Positions 17,474-27,100 of a stretch of 39,927 bases of DNA are shown here, piece by piece. Positions within the stretch are counted from its first letter, which is position 1, and each line of letters opens with the position of its first letter. The notes under the pieces are model-generated. The model worked only from the letters and a program-made list of their open reading frames with translations. It made no database searches and was not told where the DNA came from. Position numbers and translations under genes: made by a program. Source of the DNA: a virus (taxonomy: Duplodnaviria > Caudoviricetes); IMG/VR virus record IMGVR_UViG_3300027653_000003, positions 1 to 39,927 of that record. One strand, 5' to 3'.

Positions 17474-18532
17474 TTGCCCATATCGCCCGCAGACGGCGAA
17501 CGTGAGGCGCAGGCCATTAGGCGCATCTACGCCGATGCAGAGCGCACCATCGTTGCCAAGGTGTCGAGGCGCATCGAACGCGGCATTGACCGCGAGGGAT
17601 GGGCCGAGGCGAAGTTGGCAGAGTTACGGCATGTGCGGCGTGACGTAGAGCGTGAGATTCGCCAGTTAAGACACTCCGATGGCGAGGTTGAACGCATCAT
17701 CACATCGGCCTATAAGAGCGGGTCGGATAGTGCCGTTGAAGATTTACGCAAGGCTGACTCCCCTGGCACCATCCGCACAGCGTGGACGGCGACGAACAGG
17801 CAGGCCGTGGAACGACTCGCACAGGCGACAGTCGGCAACCTCAACGCGGCACATTTTCGCATCCTGCGTGTTGCCGAGGACGCATACCGGCGCGTGATTG
17901 CAGAGGCATCCGTTCCGCAGGTGCTGACAGGCGTTATGACACGCAGGGAGGCCGCGCAACGGGCGTTGAACCGCTTTGCCGACCTCGGCATCACCGGCTA
18001 TGTAGATCGGGCTGGCCGTTCGTGGGACATCGCCTCATACAGCGAGATGGCGACACGCACCGGGGCAGGCCAAGCTGCAGTGCAGGGGCACATCGACAGG
18101 CTTGTGGACAACGGCAAAGACCTGGTGATTGTGAGCGATTCGCCCGACGAATGCGATTTGTGCAGACCCTGGGAAGGCAGGGTCTTGTCGCTGACAGGCC
18201 AAACGCCGGGGCATCCGGCCGTTGATGAGGCTAGGGCGGCAGGCTTGTTCCATCCGAACTGCACTCACCGACTCGGGGCATTCATCCCCGGCTTAACGCG
18301 TCCTATGAGCCGTACGGCATCGCCAGAACGCTACGAAGACAGGCAAAGACAACGGCAGATAGAGCGCAAGATCCGCAAGTGGAAATTGCGTGAGGTTGCC
18401 GCCATAACGGACGACGACAAGAGATTTGCGAGGGCCAAGGTCGCAGAGTGGCAGGCAGAAATGCGCGGATTCATCGGCAGCACAGGGCGGATTAGGACTA
18501 GGGCTCGGGAGCAGGTGGGGAAAGCGAGGTGA
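17474..18532 (+). CDS. Minor capsid protein (Phage_min_cap2-like)
   Basis: YSEMATRT, CRPWEGRV, GLFHPNCTH, QRQIERKIRKWK. Confidence 0.9.
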   Translation: MPISPADGEREAQAIRRIYADAERTIVAKVSRRIERGIDREGWAEAKLAELRHVRRDVEREIRQLRHSDGEVERIITSAYKSGSDSAVEDLRKADSPGTIRTAWTATNRQAVERLAQATVGNLNAAHFRILRVAEDAYRRVIAEASVPQVLTGVMTRREAAQRALNRFADLGITGYVDRAGRSWDIASYSEMATRTGAGQAAVQGHIDRLVDNGKDLVIVSDSPDECDLCRPWEGRVLSLTGQTPGHPAVDEARAAGLFHPNCTHRLGAFIPGLTRPMSRTASPERYEDRQRQRQIERKIRKWKLREVAAITDDDKRFARAKVAEWQAEMRGFIGSTGRIRTRAREQVGKAR

Positions 18533-18692
18533 GGTGTTCGCTGGCTATGCGGATCACTTTCGCCAGCCGCTTCGGATCGGGTGCAGTGCCCGGCTCGATA
18601 GGCACAGCACCGACAAGCTCGCCGTTTAGCACGTAGGCGAGCCATTCTTCGCCGTCCACGGTGAGGGTGAAGTGGTCGAGGTCAAGGCGCAT
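18498..18692 (-). CDS. Putative small antisense-oriented moron gene
   Basis: GAGGCG RBS, MRLDLDHFTLTVDGEEWLAYV...; fills an otherwise empty gap. Confidence 0.45.
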   Translation of the reverse strand: MRLDLDHFTLTVDGEEWLAYVLNGELVGAVPIEPGTAPDPKRLAKVIRIASEHLTSLSPPAPEP

Positions 18693-18768
18693 TGTCGCCT
18701 CGATCGGTTTTCGTGGCCTGCCGAATTGGCCGCGGACGAGATTGCCCATAACTCCAGTTTATCACGTT

Positions 18769-18792
18769 AGCCACTCCGTAGGGGTGGTTTTT
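18769..18792 (+). terminator. Intrinsic terminator
   Basis: AGCCACTC...GGGTGGTT stem followed by a T run. Confidence 0.7.
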
Positions 18793-18813
18793 GCATGTCC
18801 GGGAGGTGCGGTG

Positions 18814-19077
18814 TTGATAAGGTATCGCAAAAAACCTGTTGTGATTGAGGCAATGCAGTTCACCGACGAGAACAAGGATCGCGTATTCAACTGGGTTTCG
18901 ACAGGGAACCGATCAGCCGATTTTGACAACGCCGGGAACCCAGTTCTCAAAATACAGACCCTGGAGGGCGTCATGACGGCCAGCCTCGGCGATTACATCA
19001 TCAAGGGCGTCAAGGGTGAGTTCTACCCCTGCAAACCCGACATTTTCGAGGCCACATATGAACCTGTAGAGGATTAG
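18814..19077 (+). CDS. Conserved small phage protein (RKKPVVIEA...GEFYPCKPDIF family)
   Basis: Recognisable family motifs; GGGAGG RBS. Confidence 0.8.
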   Translation: MIRYRKKPVVIEAMQFTDENKDRVFNWVSTGNRSADFDNAGNPVLKIQTLEGVMTASLGDYIIKGVKGEFYPCKPDIFEATYEPVED

Positions 19078-19157
19078 CCCTATGTCCAACACGCGTGACC
19101 GACGTTAAAAGCTGCGCGGACATGGCCGACGGGTCTTAAAAGCGGGAGGTAATCAGC

Positions 19158-19823
19158 ATGGACATTGACCTCATTCCGATCAATCTGCAACTTTTCGCCG
19201 ATGGCGGCGAGCCCGACGCCGGGGATAACACAGGCGGCACGCAAGAACCCGACACCGGGGGCGACGGTGGCGACGGTACACAAGACAACGGCAAGGCGTT
19301 TACGCAAGCGGACATCGACCGCATCCTGCAACAACGACTCGCCAGAGAGCGCAAGCAGTGGGAAACGCAGATGGAAGAGGAGCGCAAAAAGGCGCAGATG
19401 AGCGTCGAGGAGCGCCTGAAGGCCGAGAAAGAAGAGGCCGAAGCCAGAGCACAGGAGGCGCATAACACGGCGAATCAGCGCCTCATTAGCGCAGAAGCGA
19501 AAGTACAGGCCGTTGCGTTGGGCGTTAAGCCAGAGCGCGTAGAGTACGCCCTGCGACTCGCCGACCTGTCTGACGTGGACATGGACGATGACGGCAATCC
19601 CGACGCGGCGGCAATCAAAGCGGCACTCGATGTAGTGCTGAATGATCTGCCTGAGCTAAAGGGCACGACCAACCCAGGTCGCAGCGGCAGTGAGTTCCAC
19701 GGTGGCGGCCAAGACGAGCGCAACCCGTGGGGCAAAGAGCACTTCAATCTCACCGAGCAGGGGCGCATCATGCGGGCTGACCCCGAACGGGCGAAGCGTT
19801 TGCAGGCGACCGCTCGGAAATGA
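19158..19823 (+). CDS. Capsid scaffold protein
   Basis: NLQLFA, FTQADIDRI, NPW...FNLTEQGRI. Confidence 0.9.
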   Translation: MDIDLIPINLQLFADGGEPDAGDNTGGTQEPDTGGDGGDGTQDNGKAFTQADIDRILQQRLARERKQWETQMEEERKKAQMSVEERLKAEKEEAEARAQEAHNTANQRLISAEAKVQAVALGVKPERVEYALRLADLSDVDMDDDGNPDAAAIKAALDVVLNDLPELKGTTNPGRSGSEFHGGGQDERNPWGKEHFNLTEQGRIMRADPERAKRLQATARK

Positions 19824-19839
19824 CAGGAGCGATTAGAAG

Positions 19840-20838
19840 ATGGCAGTAACTCGTATTGCAGATGTAATCATTCCAGAGGTATTCGATCCGTATGTTATCC
19901 AGCGGTCGATGGAGCTTTCGGCCCTGTTTTCCTCCGGGATTGTGGAGAATACGTCGGATTTTGACGCACTGGCGAATTCCGGCGGCAAGCTGATCCACAT
20001 GCCCTACTGGAACGACCTCGTGGGCGAGGCGCAGGTGTTGAGTGATTCGATCCCGCTTGACACCAAGAAAATCACGTCTAGCAAAGATGTGGCTCGGTTG
20101 CACGCACGCGGTGACGCATGGGCAGTCAACGACCTGGCACACCTGCTCGCAGGAGATGACCCGATGCGCGCCATCGGTGATCTAGTGGCGGCGTACTGGG
20201 CACGTGAGTTTCAGCGCGCCCTGCTTGCCGAACTTGAGGGTGTGTTTGCCTCCAGCACAATGGCAGACAACCTCCTTGACATCACGGGCGAGACGGGCGA
20301 CGCGGCAACGATTAACGGCAACACGTTTATCGACGCGACGCAGTTGCTCGGTGACGCCAAGGGGCAGTTGACAGGTGTCCTCATGCACTCCGCGACCGAG
20401 GCGTATCTCGCAAAGCAACAACTCATTGAGTACGTGCAGGAGGCCGGGGAAAGCGACCGTGTGCCGATGTACATGGGCAAGCGCGTGGTGGTCGATGACG
20501 GCATCCCGTTCGACACCGCCTCCAGCGAAACGACCACCTACCTGTTCGGTCCCGGTGCGATCGGTTTCGGCAACGGTGATGGTCTGGGGGCAACACCTAC
20601 CACGGAGGTTGACCGCGACTCGTTGGCAGGCGACGACATCCTGATCAACCGCCGAGTCTTCATCCTGCACCCGCGGGGTATCCGGTGGACCGAGGGGAGC
20701 GTTTCGGGCGACTTCCCGACGAACTCCGAGCTCGCAGATGGAGACAACTGGGAACGTGTGTACGAGCCCAAGGCGATTCGCGTCGTTGCATTTAAACACA
20801 AGGTGGCTGATCGCGAGGCCGGCGGAGTAGAGGGATAA
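19840..20838 (+). CDS. Major capsid protein
   Basis: TRIADVIIPEVF, MPYWNDL, DPMRAIG, LHPRG, NWERVYEPKAI. Confidence 0.93.
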   Translation: MAVTRIADVIIPEVFDPYVIQRSMELSALFSSGIVENTSDFDALANSGGKLIHMPYWNDLVGEAQVLSDSIPLDTKKITSSKDVARLHARGDAWAVNDLAHLLAGDDPMRAIGDLVAAYWAREFQRALLAELEGVFASSTMADNLLDITGETGDAATINGNTFIDATQLLGDAKGQLTGVLMHSATEAYLAKQQLIEYVQEAGESDRVPMYMGKRVVVDDGIPFDTASSETTTYLFGPGAIGFGNGDGLGATPTTEVDRDSLAGDDILINRRVFILHPRGIRWTEGSVSGDFPTNSELADGDNWERVYEPKAIRVVAFKHKVADREAGGVEG

Positions 20839-20842
20839 GGAC

Positions 20843-20871
20843 AGGGGGGCTTCGGCCCTCCTGCCCATTTT
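20843..20871 (+). terminator. Hairpin/terminator after the major capsid gene
   Basis: CAGGGGGGC-TTCG-GCCCTCCTG stem; weak T tail. Confidence 0.5.
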
Positions 20872-20887
20872 GATGAGAGGTGGTTAC

Positions 20888-21046
20888 ATGAGCCTCACAG
20901 GATTTAATCGCAGGCGTCGGCTTGCGGCACGTAGGGCGGCAGAGGCGCATCCCCGACAGACCGGGGCAATCACGAAGCAACCGAAGCGCAACGACAAAAA
21001 GCGCGGCGCATCGAAGGCAACGGGCAAAGGTGGAGATGCCTCGTGA
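20888..21046 (+). CDS. Small basic head-module protein (52 aa)
   Basis: GAGGTG RBS; MSLTGFNRRRRLAARR...; translated by hand. Confidence 0.65.
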   Translation: MSLTGFNRRRRLAARRAAEAHPRQTGAITKQPKRNDKKRGASKATGKGGDAS

Positions 21047-21465
21047 GCCGCAACGGCATGTTGAAGTTTTTGGATGCAAACGGAAACCCGGTGTACGTAT
21101 CGCCAGACAATCCGTTGCCTATTGCGGGAGGCGGTGCCGGAGGTGACGGCATGGAGTTTTTGAGTGGCACGAGTGACCCGACGCCAGACATCGGCGACGA
21201 CGGAGATGTATTCCTGAACACGTCGAGCGGCGACCTGTTTAAACGAGAGGGCGGGTCATGGAGCCTGCTTATGAATCTCGTTGGGCCACAGGGGCCACAA
21301 GGCCCGCAAGGCCCGGAAGGCCCACAAGGGGCACAAGGGCCTGACGGATCTGATGGAGCAGATGGCAGAGGCGTTGCGGACATCACTTTCGACGGAGATA
21401 CTAACGAATTGGTGTTTGCGATGACGGACACGACGGAGATTCGCATACCCTGGCCGTCTCCCTAA
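21043..21465 (+). CDS. Collagen-repeat virion decoration/fibre protein; predicted +1 frameshift form extends to 21628
   Basis: GPQ repeats, GDDGDVFLNTSSGDLF; ends CCC TAA. Confidence 0.8.
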   Translation: MSRNGMLKFLDANGNPVYVSPDNPLPIAGGGAGGDGMEFLSGTSDPTPDIGDDGDVFLNTSSGDLFKREGGSWSLLMNLVGPQGPQGPQGPEGPQGAQGPDGSDGADGRGVADITFDGDTNELVFAMTDTTEIRIPWPSP

Positions 21466-21641
21466 GCGAGGCGATTCCGTCGGGCAGGTTCGGGCGGGAG
21501 GCCTCAATGTGGTCATTGTACCGACGACAACCAGAGGATTCGGAATCCGCATTCTCAGCCGTGGTGGCGGCACCGGATCCATCCGTTTGTCAGGGGTGGC
21601 TAGCTCGCTGACGATTGTAGAAATTTAGGGAGGTGTAGCCG

Positions 21642-21995
21642 ATGGCATACGCAACGGAGGCCGAGTTAGCGGCATACCTGGGCATTAGCGAAGACGACCT
21701 GCCCGACGAAAGTGAACGCCTATTGGATCGGGCCTCCGAGCTTATCGACGAGGCTACGCGGGGCCGTGCAACGGGCGAAGCGGCCAGCAAGGCAACGTGC
21801 GCCCAGGTCGAGTTCTGGTTAGAGGTTGACGAGGAGCACGACATCGAGGGACCTATCCAGGGCGTCATCATCGGCAGGTTGCAAATCCAGTACGGTGCAG
21901 GCCCGAACCGCATAGCACCCACCTACCTAGCACCAAGGGCACGGCGCTACCTGCGTAACGCTGGCCTGCTATATGCGGCGGTGGGCATGCAATGA
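21642..21995 (+). CDS. Head-tail connector protein
   Basis: MAYAT, LLDRASELID, ATCAQVEFW, LRNAGLL. Confidence 0.85.
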   Translation: MAYATEAELAAYLGISEDDLPDESERLLDRASELIDEATRGRATGEAASKATCAQVEFWLEVDEEHDIEGPIQGVIIGRLQIQYGAGPNRIAPTYLAPRARRYLRNAGLLYAAVGMQ

Positions 21996-22300
21996 GGATA
22001 AGGCGCTCCCTGCTACGCGAGAAGGCCACGGTTGAACGCTACATCGGCACCGGGTTCGGCGGTGTGGTTGAGTATGACCCGCCCACCGAGGAGAGGTGCC
22101 ACATCGAACCGGGACAACGAGTTGTCACCGACCGAGCAGGGCAGGAGGTCGTCGCAGAAGCGACGGCCTTTTTTCTTCCCCACGTTGACCTGCCGCCACA
22201 AAGCCGCGTGACGTGGGCTGGCAGGCGGTTTGAGGTCATCGAGTCCCTGCCGCTACGTGCCCGCGGAAAGACGCACCATGTGGAGGCGTCGATGCGCTAG
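21992..22300 (+). CDS. Head closure/stopper protein
   Basis: Position; VTDRAGQEVV, SRVTWAGRRFEV, HHVE. Confidence 0.75.
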   Translation: MRIRRSLLREKATVERYIGTGFGGVVEYDPPTEERCHIEPGQRVVTDRAGQEVVAEATAFFLPHVDLPPQSRVTWAGRRFEVIESLPLRARGKTHHVEASMR

Positions 22301-22653
22301 TGGTACGGCGACGACGCCTTGTGTGGCGAGGCCGAGAGGTCGAGCAGAACGTGCGAGATGCGGCGGCTGACGGGCTGTTTGACGCCGCTGAACACGTGCT
22401 AGAGGAAGCGAACCGGACGATCCCGCATGAAGAGGGCGTGATGATGCGGTCGGGGCAGACGGACGTTGACCGCACGGCGTTAGAGGCCACGGTCAGTTAC
22501 GACACCCCATACGCTCGTTACCAGCATGAGGAATTGCACCTACGGCACGACCCTGGCAGGCGGGCCAAATGGCTCGAACTGACGATGGATGAGCGCGAGA
22601 GAGCCGTGCAGGAGTACGTTGCCGACAAGATTCGGCAGGCGTTAAGGGGGTGA
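22300..22653 (+). CDS. Neck/tail completion protein (HK97 gp10-like)
   Basis: VSYDTPYARYQHE, AKWLE. Confidence 0.8.
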   Translation: MVRRRRLVWRGREVEQNVRDAAADGLFDAAEHVLEEANRTIPHEEGVMMRSGQTDVDRTALEATVSYDTPYARYQHEELHLRHDPGRRAKWLELTMDERERAVQEYVADKIRQALRG

Positions 22654-22657
22654 TGGG

Positions 22658-23083
22658 TTGGCGATTATCGGCCTTGTGCAATACCTGGACGAGCAGGGCG
22701 TCGTGACGATGAGCGGTCCTGACCGGGACGTTGATTTCGGCGCTATGCCAGACGGCGCGGGCGTACCGGACGAGATGATCGTGTTTACACCCTACGGCGG
22801 GCCAATGAGCGACCCCAAGCTCGGCTACGACACGCCGACATTCCAGGTCCGGGCGCGCGGGCCATCTACAGGCGACGCCATCACTCCACGTAGCAGGTGC
22901 AAGGCCATCTACAACGCCCTGCATGGGCTGACAAACGTGGAGCTGCCCGACGGCACGTGGGTGGTTAGTGTGTTTGGCCTGCAGTCCGAACCTGCGTGGC
23001 TAGAACGGGACGCGAATCAGCGCGTCCACTACGTCCAGAATTACCAGATGGAGATACGATCCATCACCGAGCACCGAGAATGA
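22658..23083 (+). CDS. Tail terminator protein
   Basis: PTFQVRARG, IYNALHG, RDANQR; position before the tail tube gene. Confidence 0.8.
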   Translation: MAIIGLVQYLDEQGVVTMSGPDRDVDFGAMPDGAGVPDEMIVFTPYGGPMSDPKLGYDTPTFQVRARGPSTGDAITPRSRCKAIYNALHGLTNVELPDGTWVVSVFGLQSEPAWLERDANQRVHYVQNYQMEIRSITEHRE

Positions 23084-23096
23084 GGAGTGATTTTCA

Positions 23097-23546
23097 ATGG
23101 CGTGCAAAAAAGTTCTCGCTAGCGGTTGGAAATTCGAGGTCGAGACGGAAACCGAGGATACGTTCGTCGAGATCAAGGGCATCAACAATTTTACACCCAA
23201 CCCGACAGTGACCAACGCCGAGGGCACTGACTTTAACTCAAACGGGAGTGAGGAGCAAACGCCCGCACTTCGCGGCTTGACCGTCAACCTCACAGGATTT
23301 TACCTGGAGAACAAGGCGACGGGCGTCCGCGATCCCGGTCAAGAGCGCGTCGAAGAGCTTTCGTCGCAGGTTGGTTGCGAGGCGCTTGCACGATTCCGCA
23401 TGACCTCCCCAGGCGGCACGACTTACACGTTCAACGCGGGTTATAACGCCACGATTGGCGGCGGCGGTAACGCGGATAACAGTGCATGGTCCGTAGAGGT
23501 CACGCGTAGCGGCGCAACGACTGTAGAGCCGGCAAACAACGGATAA
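23097..23546 (+). CDS. Major tail tube protein
   Basis: Position; TDFNSNG, RDPGQ, FRMTSPGG, WSVEVTRSG. Confidence 0.85.
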   Translation: MACKKVLASGWKFEVETETEDTFVEIKGINNFTPNPTVTNAEGTDFNSNGSEEQTPALRGLTVNLTGFYLENKATGVRDPGQERVEELSSQVGCEALARFRMTSPGGTTYTFNAGYNATIGGGGNADNSAWSVEVTRSGATTVEPANNG

Positions 23547-23559
23547 CAGGAGGCTAATC

Positions 23560-23934
23560 ATGGCAGGTAACAAGCGTTTCATCGACTTTGACGCATACTG
23601 GGCAGAGACAACCAAAGAAGAGGAAGCGCCACAGATCAGGGTGTTTGGCGAGGTGTATACGCTACCGGCATCGCCGCCTGCGATGGCTATTTTGCGGATG
23701 GTGCGTAACGAGTCCGACCCCGATGCCGTGGTGCCTGCACAGGACATCCTCACGTCGGCAGAGAGCTATTTTGGTGCCGATGCGCTCAACACGTGGCTGG
23801 AGCAGGGCTTGACCATCAAACAGTTGCGTGACCTAATCGAACAAGTCATCGGCATGTACACCGAAAGCCTCGAAGAGGACGCCGACGCATCGGGCGAGGG
23901 AAACCCCCAGGCCGCCAAAAAAGCGGCTGGCTAG
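23560..23934 (+). CDS. Tail assembly chaperone (G form)
   Basis: Between tail tube and tape measure genes; G GGA AAC slippery site at 23898-23904. Confidence 0.85.
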   Translation: MAGNKRFIDFDAYWAETTKEEEAPQIRVFGEVYTLPASPPAMAILRMVRNESDPDAVVPAQDILTSAESYFGADALNTWLEQGLTIKQLRDLIEQVIGMYTESLEEDADASGEGNPQAAKKAAG

Positions 23935-24164
23935 AGATATTCGAGAATTGGCCGCTGATTGAGGCGAGTTTCCAGGCCGAATACAGCATGGACCTAACGC
24001 AAGCGCTACCGGCGATGAGCTGGCGGCGTTTTTTTGTTCTGCTGTCCGGCCTGCCGCCTCACTCGGCCTATGTACAGTCAATGGCGCACAAGCAGCGTGA
24101 GGCCGAGCAGGTCATCAGCGACCCCGATGAGGCCGAGCGTTACGTTGCGTCGATGATGGGCTAG
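23898..24164 (+). CDS. Tail assembly chaperone -1 frameshift extension (T portion, A118 Gp15-like)
   Basis: -1 frame reads WPLIEASFQAEYSMDL...MSWRRFFVLLSGLP to TAG 24164. Confidence 0.8.
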   Translation, partial: GKPPGRQKSGWLEIFENWPLIEASFQAEYSMDLTQALPAMSWRRFFVLLSGLPPHSAYVQSMAHKQREAEQVISDPDEAERYVASMMG

Positions 24165-24174
24165 GAGGCATCGT

Positions 24175-27100
24175 ATGTCCCTGCGAGTGGGTGAACTGCA
24201 TGCCCTGCTTAGGGTGGACGACAGACAATTTCACGACGGGTTGCGCAAGGGCGAACGGGGCCTCCGTAGCCTGGACCAGCAGATAGACCGCACGACGAGG
24301 CGGCTGGATGCGTTTGGCACCAGCCTCAATCGTATAGGCCGCAGAATGACGGTAGCACTCACTGCCCCGCTAGCGGCGGCGGCAGTGGCGTCCGTCAAGC
24401 TTGGCTCCGACATGGCGGCTACGCACGACCTGCTCAACGACACTTTCCGCGAGGGTTCGGAGGCGGCGCGTGAGTTCGCGCACGAGATGGCCGAGGCAAT
24501 GGGCCGCTCAAAACTGCAAATGGAAGGGTTTATGGCTACGACGCAAGGCCTGTTTGCGCCCCTGATGGAAAACCGGGAGCTTGCAGGCGAGATGTCCAAG
24601 GTTATATCAACTCTAGCGGTTGACCTCGCATCGTTTTACAACGTGGCTGACGATGATGCACTACGAGCACTGCAAACGGGTCTGCTAGGCAACACGGAAC
24701 CCATGCGGAAGTTCGGCGTCATCATCAACGAGGCGACGCTGGAGCAAGAGGCGATGCGCCTAGGCCTTGGCCGCACCACGGCAGAGATGAGCGAGCAGGA
24801 AAAGGTTCTGCTTCGCCTGTCGCTTGTTCTAGGACAGACGACCGACTCCCACGGCGACGCCATTAGGACGATAGGCGAGTTCGACAACCAGCTCAAAGCC
24901 CTGCAAGCGGACATCGTGAACCTGTCTACCGAAATCGGCGGTATGTTGCTCCCCACGGCACGCGGCCTCGTAGGTTGGGCTAGACAGCTAACCGAGGGCC
25001 TGCAGGACCTAAGCCCGGAAACAAAGGAAACCCTGATCGGTTTTGTGCAGATTGTGGCCGTGGCAGGACCGCTGACCCTCGCCATATCCTCCATTGTCCG
25101 CGGCATAGCATCCACGGGCAGGGCGTTGCGGTTACTGACCAACATGTTGCGCTCGAACCCGTACATGGCCCTTGGTCTTTTGGTGGGCGGGCTTGCACTC
25201 TCGTTCGACGAGGTGCAAGCCTCCATTGACTCACTCCTGCGGCGGCTCGGCATGGGTGATTTTGTTGACACCATCACCGGCATTGAGTCCGCATTTGGCG
25301 AGCTAATCGACACCGTTAAGGGTGCAGAGTTCGCCCCAGGCGAATTCGACATAGACGCCTACGTCGAGAGTTTGGAAAAACAGCGTGACGACATCGCCGA
25401 ACGGTTGCGCCAGGGACTATCCGAGCCACTCACAGAGGGCCTGGAAGGCGCGCTTGGCGATGCCTTTGAGGACGCAGGACCAACGTTGTTGGACGAATTG
25501 CAGGAGATGTTCGACGGCCTGCCCGATGCGATCGACAGGGCGGTAAACGTCGAGGTCATCAAGCGAGAAATGCAGGAAACCCTCGGCAGAATCCTGCCAG
25601 AGTTTGACGAAGAGGAGTTTCGACGCCGCACGAAACTTGACATGCTTGGCGAGATGGTCGAACGGGCGGTAGCAGAAGGTATCGACGACACGCGCCTATT
25701 CGGGCAGATGATCGAGCAGTTCGTCGCTAGCGGTTGGGTTATGCCCTCTGTTAGCAGTATGGTCGATGAGGCGCTGGAGGGCGTCAACCTGGAGGCGCGG
25801 TTCCGCAACCTCATTGGCGACCCGTTGCCAGCCGTTGAGCGTTTTGAAATGGGCGTCCGCGACCTTGGCCGTGCCTTGCGGGAGGTTTTGGAGGACGGAT
25901 ACGACCCCGGCTCATCCGTGGTGCAACGCCTAATCGCAGAAATCAACGTGTTTGAAGGCGCCCTTCGCAGGGCGCGAGTGAATGAGCTGGTTGCCGACTT
26001 TCAGGAGGCGCTAGCTGGCCCTGATGCATCACAACGGCGAATGATGTTCTGGGTCGATGACCTGGAGCTTGCACAACGCTCCCTGACGGAGATTGAGCAC
26101 CTAACGCAATCGTTTATAGCCGACATGGAGGCATCCGAAGCCCCTGCAGGCGAGATACGAGAGCACGTGGAGGACGCACGCAGGGCGTGGATGGACCTGA
26201 ACCACGAGGTCTTGCACCTTAGCCTGCAACAAGCCCGCGATGAGTTCGAACGCACGATGGGCATAGGGCAGCGGTTCGCCGAGATGATGGCGCAGGCAAC
26301 AGGCGAGGCATTCGACCCGCTCGACTTCCAGATCGACGCATTGCAGGCCAAACTCGAAGCCCAGATTGACGCGGCCAAAGAGTTCGCCGCCGCATTCGAA
26401 AATGCGGATGTGTCACAGCTTGACCTGTTGGCGGGATTCGTTGACCCTGGAACGTTGCGACAGCTTGAGGAGCTATTGCAACAACGATTCGACAGGGATT
26501 TTAGGCAGACGATAACCGACATCCTCGCTGACCTGGACCGCGACATTGCCAACATGGACCTACTCGCTGACCTCGCATTCCTGCGGCATGAAGAATTCGA
26601 CCGCGCTGAGAACGAGCTGCGACGGTTGGAGCGTGCAATCATCGACGCGAACCTTGCACTCATCACGGCTGGCGATGTGAGCGACGATGTGTTAAGCGCC
26701 ATGCAGAGCGAACTTGACGACCTCATTGCCAAATACGATGAGTTGTCATCCAGCATCGACCGGACAGCGGACCGTGTTGGCGACATCCTGGGCGAGCTAG
26801 AACGTGACCTCACGGTACGCATGGGCGTCGAGCATCTCATAGCAAGTGCAACGGGGGCCGAGTTTGACCCCGTGGAGTATGAGCGTCGGGCCATCGAGCG
26901 GTCAATCAACCGTATTGTGGATGAGATGATGCGGGCCGGCGACAGCTTTGGCGATATACGTGACGAGATTGAGCCCCTCATTGATCGGTTGCGCTCCCTG
27001 GGCACCGAATCGGGCCTGTGGGAACGCCAGCTTGAATCAGCCATTGACCAGGCCGATGATTTTGCACAATGGCTCATGACCTCACTTGACCCGATGCGGC

